DNA of 64,000 nucleotides from the human T2T-CHM13v2.0 reference genome, Homo sapiens: the NCBI RefSeq assembly GCF_009914755.1, contig NC_060928.1; one strand, given 5' to 3'. The notes beneath the pieces were generated by a model. It saw only the letters and a list, made by a program, of their open reading frames with translations, was not told the origin of the DNA and ran no database searches. Positions 1-12,093 of the stretch are shown in pieces. The first letter of the stretch is position 1; every line of letters starts with the position of its first letter. Position numbers and translations under genes: made by a program.

Positions 1-143
<143 letters not shown>

Positions 144-1207
144 TTAAACTCATATTATTCTCCTTTACTAAATCCAGCTCAACATTAAAATAATGCATTA
201 TTGTGCAAAAAGTAAAACAGGTTCTTGGTAATTATTGGCAAGCAGTTGATAATTATTACAGGGTGATTGTTCAAGCAGTCTGAAAAATACAACTCTCTAA
301 AATTATTTTTTTCAAAAAAGAAGAAAAAAAACCTATCCAGAAGCATTCACAATTAATTTGTATAGTTTGTATCCCATCTGGAAACACTTCCATAGTTAAA
401 ATGAAAACTATTTTAAGATCTGTCTCTCTATCTCGTTTGCTGACTTGCTTTTTTGACAATAAAGTTAGAAATATCAACAGTTTCACATAAAGTCTTAGTG
501 TACTTTATGTGATTATTATTTTTTTTAAATCATAAGGCAAAAGTCACATTTCCCTGTTCCAGAAATTTGGACTTAGTATCATTGAGTGTACCTCATGGTA
601 TATTTGAGGGTTTTACATGGACAGAGTCACTTTCACAAGTGACATTCATTGTGTAAGCCGTCCTTTCCTCCCATCACTCCACTTTCGAGGTATGTGAGTG
701 CTCAGTGACAAAGACAAAGCAGATTACCTAAGACAAAAATGAAAGGAAAATCAGAAGCTTCATGTAAGTTTTACAAATATTTTACAAAATATTTGGCCTT
801 TCAAATATATGAATAGAAATTTCATAGAAAGCCTGAAAAACAATTATTGTTTGTATAAAAATTTCTTTCTAGAGATGATAGATTCATTCAATTTTCTGAA
901 ACTATCTTCTGAGGAATAATTCTGTCATTCTCCTCTGATTTTTCTCTCACATCTCCTTATCTTCCTTTAAGAAGCTAATTTCCTTGAAGTCTTTGATATT
1001 TTGTTTATTTTTTTTTAATGAGTTTTCCAAGAGTTCCTTTCAAAAATTAACACTAGTCTATGGTACAGACCCTGACAAAATTTTTTAGTGTCATCTTTGT
1101 TTGCTACGTTATTTGTCTTTTTGTTCTAACTTAAGGAAAAGTATACAAATGAATTAGTATTTTTCTTGTTTTATCATTTAAAAGTCATAAGTGCAATTGT
1201 ACGGTAA

Positions 1208-1580
<373 letters not shown>

Positions 1581-2299
1581 ACTATAGGCATTTTTATAGC
1601 CTTAATTTATAAGTACCACAAATATTTAATAATAACTAAGCTGGAAATGTTATAAAGTGAAATTAGATAACTCATACTTCATTGGAATATTTTTTGGTGT
1701 TCTTAGTTAAAATAACATTAGCATTTATTATTGTTATGGTTATTTTTCTGATCCTCTCTATATCATTTATATAGGCTTTTTATTAAACGAAAATTGCTAT
1801 TGAGCATGAAAAAATTCAGAATACATTCAGATTTAAAAAAGTAAAGAAATATTCACTTTCTTGCTTTCACATATATTATGTGAATTACTTATCACAATAT
1901 CCTGAAGCCTCAGTTATTTTACTGCTTTGTGGATAAGGCTTCTGATACTTGAAGAGATTAAGTACTTTGTTAAAAGTAACAATGACTAAATTGAAGTGAC
2001 AAGATTAAATTCAAGGCTTTAGACTCCAAGAATTAATTACTCAAGATTCCTCTTATTTACATCTGTACTTTTGTCTTCATTTTTATACTCGTTTGACACG
2101 CTGACATTACAGGACATCTTAAGGTATTATGATGTAACAACCTTCTTATTTTCTAGCTCTAATTTTCTTTATCTTTTACTCAACATTTTAGAGCTGATGA
2201 TTTAAGAGGAAGAGTCCCAAGGACTGTTTAGTGGGCAGCATGATACAACTTGTAGTTTGAATCAAAATCCATTGTAGAAGAGAGAGATGATTAAAGAGA

Positions 2300-3320
2300 G
2301 GTCATTTATTCAATCAGTGCATTAATTGTGCAGCTACTGTATATTACATATTTCTCCAGGAGCTGGAGGATTGGTAATCAGAAGAGATGAAACAACTTAT
2401 TCTCTTAGAGCTTTCTTTCAGTTAGGGAGGGCACAGAAAATAAGTAGAAAAAATATTAAAATATATAGTTTAAGTAAGTGATAAGGAGTAAGGGGAAAAT
2501 AATGCAAGGAAAGCAATAGAGAGAGTCAGAATATGGAAAAGGGGTCTGTATTTTTAGATACGATGACTCAGAAAAAACCCTCTGTGAGAAGGTGACATTT
2601 GAATAAATAATAAAAGGAGTGTGGCAAGTAAGCCACGCAGATATCTTTTGGAAGAGTATTCCAGTCCAAAGGAGCATCAGATGCAAAGACCATGGGCTGG
2701 AATATCTCTCAACCATTCAAAGAACAGAGCAGGTCAATGGAAGTGGAATGAACTGAGGCACTGAAGGAAGGGAAAAATAGGAAATGATGTCACAGGGGTG
2801 CAGTTCTTAGGGCTATCTAAGGCTTTTGTAAAGACTTAGTTTTATTTTCATTGAGTGGGAGCCATTGGAGGCTTTGATTAGAGGAGCAATGTCGTGTGAC
2901 TTATATATAAAAAGAATCTCTCTGCTCTGCTAAATATAGAGAGAAGTGGGATTAGGGCCAATGTAGGGAGATCAGTTAAGAGGCTCTTCATAAGAAATCA
3001 GATGGCTCCAATCAAGTTGGTGCAGTTGAGATGATAAGAACCTGTCAGGCTTAGAGGGTAAGACCTATAAGATTTCCTGATGGATTAAATGTAGTGCGTG
3101 AAGGAAATAGAGGAGTCAATATAACTCCTGAGTTTTTGGCCAGAACATTTTCAAGAATGAAGTTGCTGTTTGCTAAAATGAGGAAAACAGAAGGAAGAGC
3201 AGATTGGAAGCAGGAGGGCAGAATAGGATAAGATCAGGAGCTGTTTTGGGCATATAATATTTGATATCTTATCAAATATCCAAGTGGAGATTAAATGGGT
3301 GCTTAAGCTGTACTGACATG
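2300..3320 (-). mobile_element. Degenerate L2 LINE 3' region
   Basis: Typical L2 antisense motifs (GAAGGTGACATTTGA, GGGAGCCATTGGAGG, TGAGTTTTTGGCC, ATATCCAAGTGGAGAT). Boundaries approximate. Confidence 0.7.
2476..2602 (+). repeat. Donor copy of a 127-bp local duplication (second copy at 3789-3915)
   Basis: Ungapped alignment with 3789-3915, 6 mismatches in 127 bp by manual count. Confidence 0.95.
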
Positions 3321-3735
3321 AGAGGGTCCAGCTCTAAAGCATTTAGCCTAATAGAAGTGGGAATATAATCATTCAAAACCAAATATTTTTTATAGATTTT
3401 TTAAATGTCAAACACAGTACTAGGTGCTAGGATGTAATATTAATAAAATTGATATAATCCCTGCTCTCAAGGTACATAATGGTATATAGTTTGTTTTATA
3501 GGTGATTGAGTTATATAGTGTTCACAAACATGCAATCTCAGAAATAGGAATCCTTGTGCCATTATCACATTGGTACAACTATACCTAGGAGTTTAATTCA
3601 ACTGGTCTTCCTCTTGAAAGGAGTTTGCTTTTTTCTATGCACAGACCGCCTTCCTAGAAGTTCTATTATGGCAGACTATTAATTATAAACAAGGCTTTTC
3701 ATATTTACATCTGTTATTTACATTCAATGTCCACT

Positions 3736-4181
3736 TGATATGGTTTGGCTGTGTCCTAATCCAAGTATCACCTTGAATTGCAATAATCAAGTGATAAGGA
3801 GTAAGGGGAAAATAATGCAAGAAAAGCAATAGAGAGAGTGAGAATACAGAAAAGGGGTCTGTAATTTTAGATAGGATGACTCAGAAAAAACCCTCTGTGA
3901 GAAGGTGACATTTGATAATTGAATAATGGGAGCGGTTCCCCCATACTGTTCTCATGGTAGTGATTAAGTCTCATGAGATCTGATGGTTTTATAAATGGGA
4001 GTTCCCCTGCACAAATTCTCTCTTGCCTGCTGCCTTGTAAGACGTGTCTTGCTCCCCCTTCGCCTTCTGCCATGATTGTGAAGCCTGCAAGTGGAACTGT
4101 GAGTCCATTAAACTGCTCTTCTTTATAAATTACCCAGTCTTGGGTATGTCTTTATCAGCAGCATGAGAATGGACTAATGCA
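3736..4181 (+). mobile_element. THE1 (probably THE1C) MaLR solo LTR interrupted by a 127-bp insertion
   Basis: Starts TGATATGGTTTGGCTGTGTCC and ends GGACTAATGCA. Flanked by a 5-bp TSD CCACT/CCATT. Confidence 0.9.
3789..3915 (+). repeat. Inserted copy of 2476-2602 inside the THE1 LTR
   Basis: AAGTGATAAGGAGTAAGGGG...GAAGGTGACATTTGA repeated directly 1313 bp downstream of the donor. Confidence 0.95.
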
Positions 4182-5100
4182 CCATTGTTCTTTCCCATTC
4201 ATGTTACTGGTAAAATTCAAGTATTGAGTTGTATTTGATGAGTGCTGCCCTCCCAGTGTCATGGACATATAGGTGGTTGGTGTTGATGTTTTCCTGCTAA
4301 ACAGTCATACTTAAAAGGTGAATTATTTACTAGGATTTTTTGTTCTATGTTTGAGAGTTACAAATTTTTGCTACTGACATTTCAAGATCTGATATTCTTC
4401 TCTTAGTAACTCTGCATGGAGTTTTTGAAGAGCCTACTAAGGCACTGAGTAAAACAAATACATTTCTAATAATGCACCTACACAGATAAAAGTGGGAGTT
4501 CTTTGGTTTCTTTTCTTTTTTTCTTGTTCTTTTTTTTTTTTTTAAAGGTGTTTCAGGTCTTTTGGATACATTTGAGATGGTGTTATACCTGCCATTTTTC
4601 CATTATGAAAGACTGCTGTGCTAAACGTTGGTGCTTGATTCTCAATCGCAGCATCTTTCCTTTGAGTCAAAGAAGAGAGCAAATAGCCCTCTATTCAGGG
4701 AACCAGGTAGCACTAACCACCCTCCACTCTCAAACACTAAAAGTAATTTAAGCTGTCGCAGACCCAACACTGCTTTGGTAGCATCCCACGGAGAACAAAG
4801 CAGTTAAAGCAAAATTTCATGTGGTTTTCTTTCATGACTTGAGCTCCTTCTGAGAAATATATCAAGAGTTATGCAGGAATATTTCAAAACTGCTTCATTG
4901 ACAGTATTCTAGTGGAGGTCTTCATCAAATAACAACTGTGAAGTCGTATCTGGCAGTATGAGGAGTGTTATGATTCAGATTACAGCATGGTGGCTTACTT
5001 CTAAGAATTTCCACATCCAGAAAAATCTTTGAAAGGATGAAGTTAAAAAAATGAAGAAAACCTGGATATGTGTTTTTTAAATGTCTGCCTTTAAAAATCA

Positions 5101-5363
5101 ATTTTTTTTCAATATTTATTTTAGATTCATGGGGTACATGGGCAGGTTTGTTACATAGGTGTATTGTGTGATGCTGAAGTTTGGGGTATGAATGATCCCA
5201 TTACCCAGGTATTGAGTGAGCATAGTGCCCAATAGGTTTTCTACCATTGCCCCCTCCCTCCCTACCACCTCTGGTAGTCCCAAGTTTCTATCGTGGCCAT
5301 CTTTATGTCCATGAATACTCAGTGTTTAGCTCCTGATTATAAGTGAGAACATGCAGTATTTGG
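5101..5363 (-). mobile_element. Older L1PA 3' end fragment
   Basis: T-rich tail followed by GGGGTACATGGGCAGGTTTGTTACATAGG...TATAAGTGAGAACATGCAGTATTTGG. Confidence 0.85.
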
Positions 5364-6873
5364 AAAACGTGAATATTTATATAGGTTAAAATTGGGCTTA
5401 GTGTGGAAGCCAACTAAATGTGGCAACTTCCATCCTAAAACAAAAGTCAGTGTGTATGATCTATATAGTTGAAAAAAGTATCAATTAGAAAGACAACTCC
5501 TTCTTGTCAACTCAAAATTTTCCCATGTACATGTTTATACTTTTACCAATTTTGCATACATCCATAAAAATCAATGTCATTGATTTTCATCTTTTAAAAT
5601 TTTGCAAAAATGCTGTCATAGTGTGTAGATCCTTTTGATGCTTGCTTTTTAAAAAAAAATATTAGATTTTTGTGTATTATCCATGTTTGTGACTTTAAAT
5701 ATAGTACACTGATTTTCTACTATTCTTTAAAATATCATTGTAGGAATTAACCTTTTACCCATTCATTTATCTATTCTGCTACTGATAGAAGTTAGGTATT
5801 TATGGCTCTTCAAAAAACCTTGAAGGAAAAGAATTGACAGTCATAAACAATTTCTCAACTTTGCTCCGACATCTTGATCTACTTATTTGTTGGGCCTCTG
5901 TAAATTCTAAAGATTCACAGAAGTTTTTTTAGTGTAGGGACAAAATATCTTAAGGTGGAAATAAGAGTTCTGAATCTTAGAACAAGGACAGAAATGAAGT
6001 AATTGACAACCAAGGAACATGGCAGACGTGGAGCTTCCTGGACTATTTTAACAGAACCAAAACATGATGTTTCAGTACAGTTCGTGAACTTTTTCTTGTT
6101 TCTTAGCTCTACTGTCTTCTATATGCTGCTGTTTAATACAGCAATTCTGAATATTTATTTTCTGTCAATGTATAACAGGCTCTATTCATGCAAAACCTTT
6201 CAAAGATCAAACTTGCTGATGTCTTTAAGCTATTCAATATGAATATAAATCCAATGAATATCCTAATTCTTTTAGATCTTCCCCAAAATAAATAGTGCAC
6301 ATGTGTGGCTATTCATCAGAATTCACTGGGGATCTTTATGAAAATACATACTTATATGACACAACCTTGGAAATTATGATACAAGATTTAGAGGACAAAG
6401 GAATTGCATTTTTAATTTTAAAACTCCTTAGATGATTCAAAAATTAGTTGAGATACAACTTCCCCAAGTGTAAAGCTTAAAATTGTAAATAGTATTCCCT
6501 ACTGGAGATGGTCTGAAAATTAGTCTAAAAAAGTGATATAAATTTAAAAAATAAAATGTTTTAACCTTGAAATCTTTGGCCAGAATTAAGTCGGTCTGCT
6601 TTAACTACTTATATTCTGAAAATGCTTGTAGCTAAGAAAGAAGCAAACGCTATTGGCGTCTCTGAATATCAAACTGATTCACACCTCACGGAAAAGACAA
6701 AATGCTTTATCTGTGGAAGAGAAAACCCAAATCATTAAGTTACTTTATTCATTGTGGGTATAGAGGGTATTTTGTGCATTATTACTATCATGCTTTGTGC
6801 ATCCAGGCCCTTATAAAACTTTGTAATTGGTTATGCATAAGCGCAACTTATGGCTTTTTCATTGTGTTTCCAG

Positions 6874-7083
6874 CACAGTGATGCGGTCCATGACCTCCTT
6901 CTGGATGTGATCACGTGGGTTGGAATTTTGCTGTCCCTTGTTTGTCTCCTGATTTGCATCTTCACATTTTGCTTTTTCCGCGGGCTCCAGAGTGACCGTA
7001 ACACCATCCACAAGAACCTCTGCATCAGTCTCTTTGTAGCAGAGCTGCTCTTCCTGATTGGGATCAACCGAACTGACCAACCG
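6874..7083 (+). CDS. ADGRL3: ADGRL3 coding exon, TM1-ICL1-TM2-ECL1 ([10 protein letters not shown]...INRTDQP), 210 nt, phase 0/0
   Basis: Acceptor ttgtgtttccag and donor CCG|gtaagc. The 70 open codons match the latrophilin-3 7TM start ([18 protein letters not shown]). Confidence 0.98.
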
Positions 7084-7296
7084 GTAAGCAACCTACATTG
7101 ATACCAGTGAAGAATTTTTCCACTTCCAGCTTTTCAGTAGCGCCAATACTAAAAATACTTATGTTTGAAAGTATCATTTCTTCTAGTCATCTAAGATAGA
7201 TACTAATTTTCAGGCCTTACTCAGTTTTCCATTTTTCATATCCCATTGTCATAAATAAGCAGCAAACTTTATGAATAAGGTGTATATTTCATTTTT

Positions 7297-7615
7297 AAAT
7301 AGACTTTTGTTTTTTAGAGCAGTTACTGCTTTACAGCAAAATTAAGCAGGAGCTACAGACATTCCCATCTATTCCCTGCTCCCACACATGCATAGTGTCC
7401 TTCATTTTCAACATCCTCCACCAGAGAGGTACACTTGTGACAACTGATGAACCTGCATCGACACATCATTATCATCCAAATCCCATAGTTTACATTAGAT
7501 TTCACTCTAGGGATTGTACATTCTCTGGGTTTGAGTATAATTTTTTCACTGCCTTGAAAATCATCTGTGCTTCCTCTGTTTATCCCCCCTTTCCCACTAA
7601 CCTCTGGTAACCACT

Positions 7616-7651
<36 letters not shown>

Positions 7652-8420
7652 ATCTCCATGGTTTTGGCTTTTCAGAATGTCACATAATTAGAATCATTTA
7701 GTAAGTAGCTTTTCCAGATTGGCATCTCTCTGTCTCTTTCTTTCTTTCTTTGTTTTTCTTTCTTTTCTTTTTTGAGAAAAGGTCTCACTCTGTCATTCAC
7801 GCAGGAGTGCAATGGCATGATCCTGGCCCACTGCAATCTCCACCTCCCAAGCTCAAGCGATCCTCCCACCACAGCCTCTGGAGTAGCTGGGACTACAGGC
7901 ATTTGCCACCAAGCCCAGCTAATTTTTTGTATTTTTAGTAGAGACAAGGTTTCGCCATGTTGTTCAGGCTGATCTCAAAATCCTGGATTCAATCGATCCA
8001 CCCGCCTCAGCCTCCCAAAGTGCTGGGATTACAGGTGTGAGGCACCATGCCTGGCCAAGGCTTCTCTTAAATGGTCATATATATTTGAATTTCCTCCATG
8101 CCTTTTTTGACTTGATAGCTTATTTCTTTTTAGTGCTAAATAATATCCCGTTGTCTGATGTACCACAGTTTATCTACTCACCTACTGAAGGACATCTTGG
8201 TTGCTTCCAAGATGTCATCTGTGCTTTTGTCAATTATGAAGAAAGCTGCTATAACCATATGTGTGCAGGTTTTTGTGTGGACATATGTTTTTAACTCCTT
8301 TGGGTAAAACCAGGGAGCACAATTTGTGGATCACATGGTAAGAGTATATTTAGCTTTAAAGAAACTGACAAATTGTCTTCCAAAGTGGCTGTACCATTTT
8401 GTGTTCCCATTAACAATAAA
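7297..8420 (-). mobile_element. L1MC-type 3' end, interrupted by an Alu
   Basis: TTTTTAGAGCAGTT...CAGCAAAATTAAGC start and CACCTACTGAAGGACATCTTGGTTGCTTCCAAG...CCAAAGTGGCTGTACCATTTTG body. Confidence 0.8.
7735..8056 (-). mobile_element. AluJ SINE nested in L1MC
   Basis: Full antisense Alu dimer with a (TTTC)n-type tail. Confidence 0.9.
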
Positions 8421-10698
8421 GGAGATGTACATTTCTTCGGAAATTATTTCATAAACTTGTCTTTCTAAGGAACTACATATTGTCATTATTTTTTTCTTTT
8501 GTTTTAACCATAGGGCTCAATATTGAGGAAACTTTGGTAAAATTATTTAGAAAATGAAAGAATATCTTTTTTTTCCAATTAATAGAATAATGCTTTAAAG
8601 TTTGTAATATGCCTTAAAAACAGCCAATATTATATTAAAATCTGCAGGTCTAAAATGGGTTTTTCTAATTGATGTATTTTGGAAAATAGTACAACCTGCA
8701 AAGCATTTTTATTATATGTAAACTCTTCCCAAATTTATTTGGCACTTTATATTTGCATGAGTTCTGGTCATGTCTTTAATTGCCAGCCTTGTACGTTATT
8801 GCAACCTACATTTAGTCATATCAAGGAAAGGAGGAAGAAAAAAAGGGAAAGAAAAGAAAAAAAAAAGAACAGCACTAGCCAACTGTTGGTAAAACCAAAC
8901 AGAAAATATAAATAATAGACAATATCTTCATATATTACACAAACTTTATGCCCACTTATAATTTTTGTGAGCCAGTTTCAGTTTACTTAAGATTTATGCA
9001 CATGTTACAAGTTTGTTATCATGAGTAAAATTGCAAAATAGCAGAAAAGTTTCATTTTGTAGAAGGCTTTTGAGCATAATAAATAGTTCGCTTACTTAAT
9101 GCTGTTTTCTGGTATGTGTCCATATGTATGGAGTGCTTTACAATAAAAATGCAGTTGGATTCATGTTTGTGATTACACATTCATGATTAATGACTGTAAA
9201 GGGTACAATTATGGTGATTATATTTTTAATTGGGCATCATATACTAATGTGACAGCTTTCCCCATAAATGCATACCTATGAATAAGCAATCAAAGTACAC
9301 ATTTCTTTCCCCAAAAAAGTAAAGCCTTATGATAACAAAAATTAATAGTTGACGTTCTAACTCTAAAAAGCAAGAAATGGAAAATTGTGTTATTTTCCAA
9401 GAATGTATCATTTTATTCTCTTGTTAGCTTGCAATTCAAATGCTGTGTGATTTCTTTTCATTTAGAGACCTTATTCTTATTTTTGTTTCCTGATGTTATA
9501 TATGGTATGAAAAACTTCGCCAAATATTGCATACTACACAAAACTCATTTCTAACAAGTAATATAAAGAACAATGATTGATATGAAAAACATGGGTAGAG
9601 TGCAGCTCAGCAAAACTTGTCTTTACTCTCCTTGCTAGCGAGGTATCCTTTTCTGCACTCCACATAGTGTTTAGGACCAGCTTTCTTTCTAGCTCCTCAG
9701 ATGTAAGACTTGCTGATCTCTCCTTCATTGTCATCTTTGTGACCCAAAATTTGACCTGCCCTTTTGTCTCATTTCATAAGGATCATACTCATCAATGAAT
9801 TTCTGTTACTCTGATAACTTCGGTAAGTTTGTTGACCTTTTCTAGTAGCAGTTATAGATTTTAGTCAGGGTTTCCTATAAGGAAGAATAACTCAAAGAAA
9901 TGAGAATTAAGGAACTGACATAAGAGTAAGAAATTGATAGTTGGTCAGCTGAAAATTGTAGTACTTTAGAAAATATACAAAAATAAGAGCTGGCTGCCTT
10001 TTCTGACCAAGCTTGTCTAAACCAATATTTAGTACAATAACAAAAAATCAGAGAAAGAAAGCAGTTTGGGAACATTTAATTTTAAGCAGATCCATTTTTA
10101 TTCATGTTCACCATGAATTTTCCAACACCACCTTAAATCATTTTTGAAACAAGGCAGGGTAGAAATAAACAAACAATTACTAATAATTAATTTCATCATG
10201 AAACAATTAGTAATAATCTCATCATGAAAAGACTGCAATTAACTACACTAATTTTCCCCTTAGTTTTAATGTTTCTCTTTCACTGACTATTGAAGAACTT
10301 ACTATGTTAGTATGTTCTAACTCTAACTCTGACTCTAACTCTAACTCATGATTATGGCCAAGAGAAAAAATTCTTAAAATCTATTTTAAAATATTTACGC
10401 TAATATCAGAAATAATTATTCATAGGCTCTTATTAGAATTTTTTCTAAGTATTATTTTTTTTATTCTAATGATACACTGTCATCTATAAGCCATTATTAA
10501 TGTTAAAGGCAGTTTTCAAAGATAGATTATATTTAAGTATATTAGTTTTAATATCTGTGTTTTAAGAATCTTCCCTAGGTTATTATTTTGCAGATCTATT
10601 GTAATGCAGTTTTGGTAAATATTTAATTTGGTTTTATGGCAGTTGACTAGTATCCCATGTGGTAGAGATTTGACTAAATCATTTGTTCCTTTTCCTAG

Positions 10699-10919
10699 AT
10701 TGCCTGTGCTGTTTTCGCTGCCCTGTTACATTTCTTCTTCTTGGCTGCCTTCACCTGGATGTTCCTGGAGGGGGTGCAGCTTTATATCATGCTGGTGGAG
10801 GTTTTTGAGAGTGAACATTCACGTAGGAAATACTTTTATCTGGTCGGCTATGGGATGCCTGCACTCATTGTGGCTGTGTCAGCTGCAGTAGACTACAGGA
10901 GTTATGGAACAGATAAAGT
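10699..10919 (+). CDS. ADGRL3: ADGRL3 coding exon, TM3-ICL2-TM4 ([29 protein letters not shown]...YGTDKV), 221 nt, phase 0/2
   Basis: Acceptor ttccttttcctag and donor AAGT|gtaagt. Adhesion-GPCR TM3 signature [16 protein letters not shown]. Confidence 0.98.
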
Positions 10920-11740
10920 GTAAGTTTATTGTTTTCTTTCTTTTTAAATCTAGGTGAAATAAAAGTGTTGGACTTTCTTGGAAGCAAAGGTCTTTATATT
11001 ACCTCACAGTGAAGAAACTGGGCAGCAAATGTGTATAATTCAATCCATGGTTATACTTTGGTTATGATGTAAAAAGAAAAAAATACCTTGAGACTTATCA
11101 TGATGCTGTTTTAAAACAGCGTAATTTTTCTACATCTACATCATAACCTTGTGTAATTATGAAGAGATCATAATTTTATTTTTCTTCAGAACATTAAGAC
11201 ATTAGTCAAAGGAAGAACTAGCTGTATGAAGAGCTATTTGCTAGCATAGGATGGTGCAGTCCCTGACATTGCTGGCTTATCTTCTTCCTGCCAAGTCCGT
11301 TCAAGTCACTGGAAAGCCTTTTATGTCATCAACAGAAAGAGTATAGGAGCAGGGACAGCCTGTGTTTTTCCCCTTTTTTCCTGGGTAGGCATTGAGGTAG
11401 AGTGATGAATTTTGCTTTCAACATAGCTTTAAACTGTTAAGACATATGTGTCGAGATGTGAAGCATATTAGCATGGAGTTCAGATAAAAATATGTTTGCA
11501 ATCTACATACATATAACAGTTGAGATACCCAGAGTAAATCAAAGTTTTATGAGAAGAGATTAGAAAGTAAACCAAGATAGACCTCTGATGAATAATCATA
11601 TTTAGAACTAGACCCAGGACTAAAAAATACAAGTAGAGAAAAAGAAGAGGTAAGCAGAGGCTTAGAAAGATTACCATGAGGTTTAGATTCAAGGCAAGGG
11701 AGAAGAAAGTCTCAAGATGGTGTTTCAAAACACCATCAGT

Positions 11741-11912
11741 GGCCAGACACAGTGGTGCATGTCTATAAAGCTACTTAGAATGCTGAGGCAGGGGAATCGC
11801 CTGAGCCCAGCCTTTGAGATTACAGTGAGCTGTGATCATGCCACCTTACTCCAGCCTGGATGACAGAGTGAGAACTCATCTCTAAGAAGCAAAACAAAAC
11901 TAAAACAAAAAA
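11741..11912 (+). mobile_element. Free Alu monomer (FRAM/FAM-like)
   Basis: Single Alu arm with an A-rich tail. TSD CACCATCAGT at 11731-11740 and 11914-11923. Confidence 0.8.
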
Positions 11913-12001
11913 CCACCATCAGTGGTGTTTTATGTCAAAATTAATTTAAGTAAAAAACAAAAACAAACAAAAGAAACCATTTGACCTCTGCAACAAGTCT
12001 G

Positions 12002-12093
12002 TTTTTTTAAGAGGCCCCCAGAGGTCGCTATGTTGCCTGGGCTGCTGGAACTTCTGGGCTCAAGTGATCCACCTGCCTCAGCCTCCCAAGTAG
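12002..12093 (-). mobile_element. Partial Alu/FLAM fragment
   Basis: CTATGTTGCCTGGGCTG...CTGGGCTCAAGTGATCCACCTGCCTCAGCCTCCCAAGTAG. Confidence 0.75.

Noticed and set aside
6831-7091. Two antisense ORFs (86 and 73 aa) over the TM1-2 exon
   Set aside because: Shadow ORFs of a GC-richer coding exon, with no independent gene signals.
10171-10230. Short tandem duplication (AAACAATTA.TAATAAT...CATCATG x2); a similar 33-bp pair lies at 51403-51465
   Set aside because: Ordinary slippage duplications with two units and no spacers. Not CRISPR-like.
10628-10891. 87-aa ORF overlapping the TM3-4 exon in another frame
   Set aside because: Alternative-frame artefact with a non-ATG start. The real frame is fixed by splice phases.
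10936-10945. AATAAA just after the TM3-4 exon (another follows the TM6-7 exon near 58947) as an intronic poly(A) signal
   Set aside because: AATAAA is very frequent in this AT-rich DNA, and these lie next to strong U1 sites. No other support.
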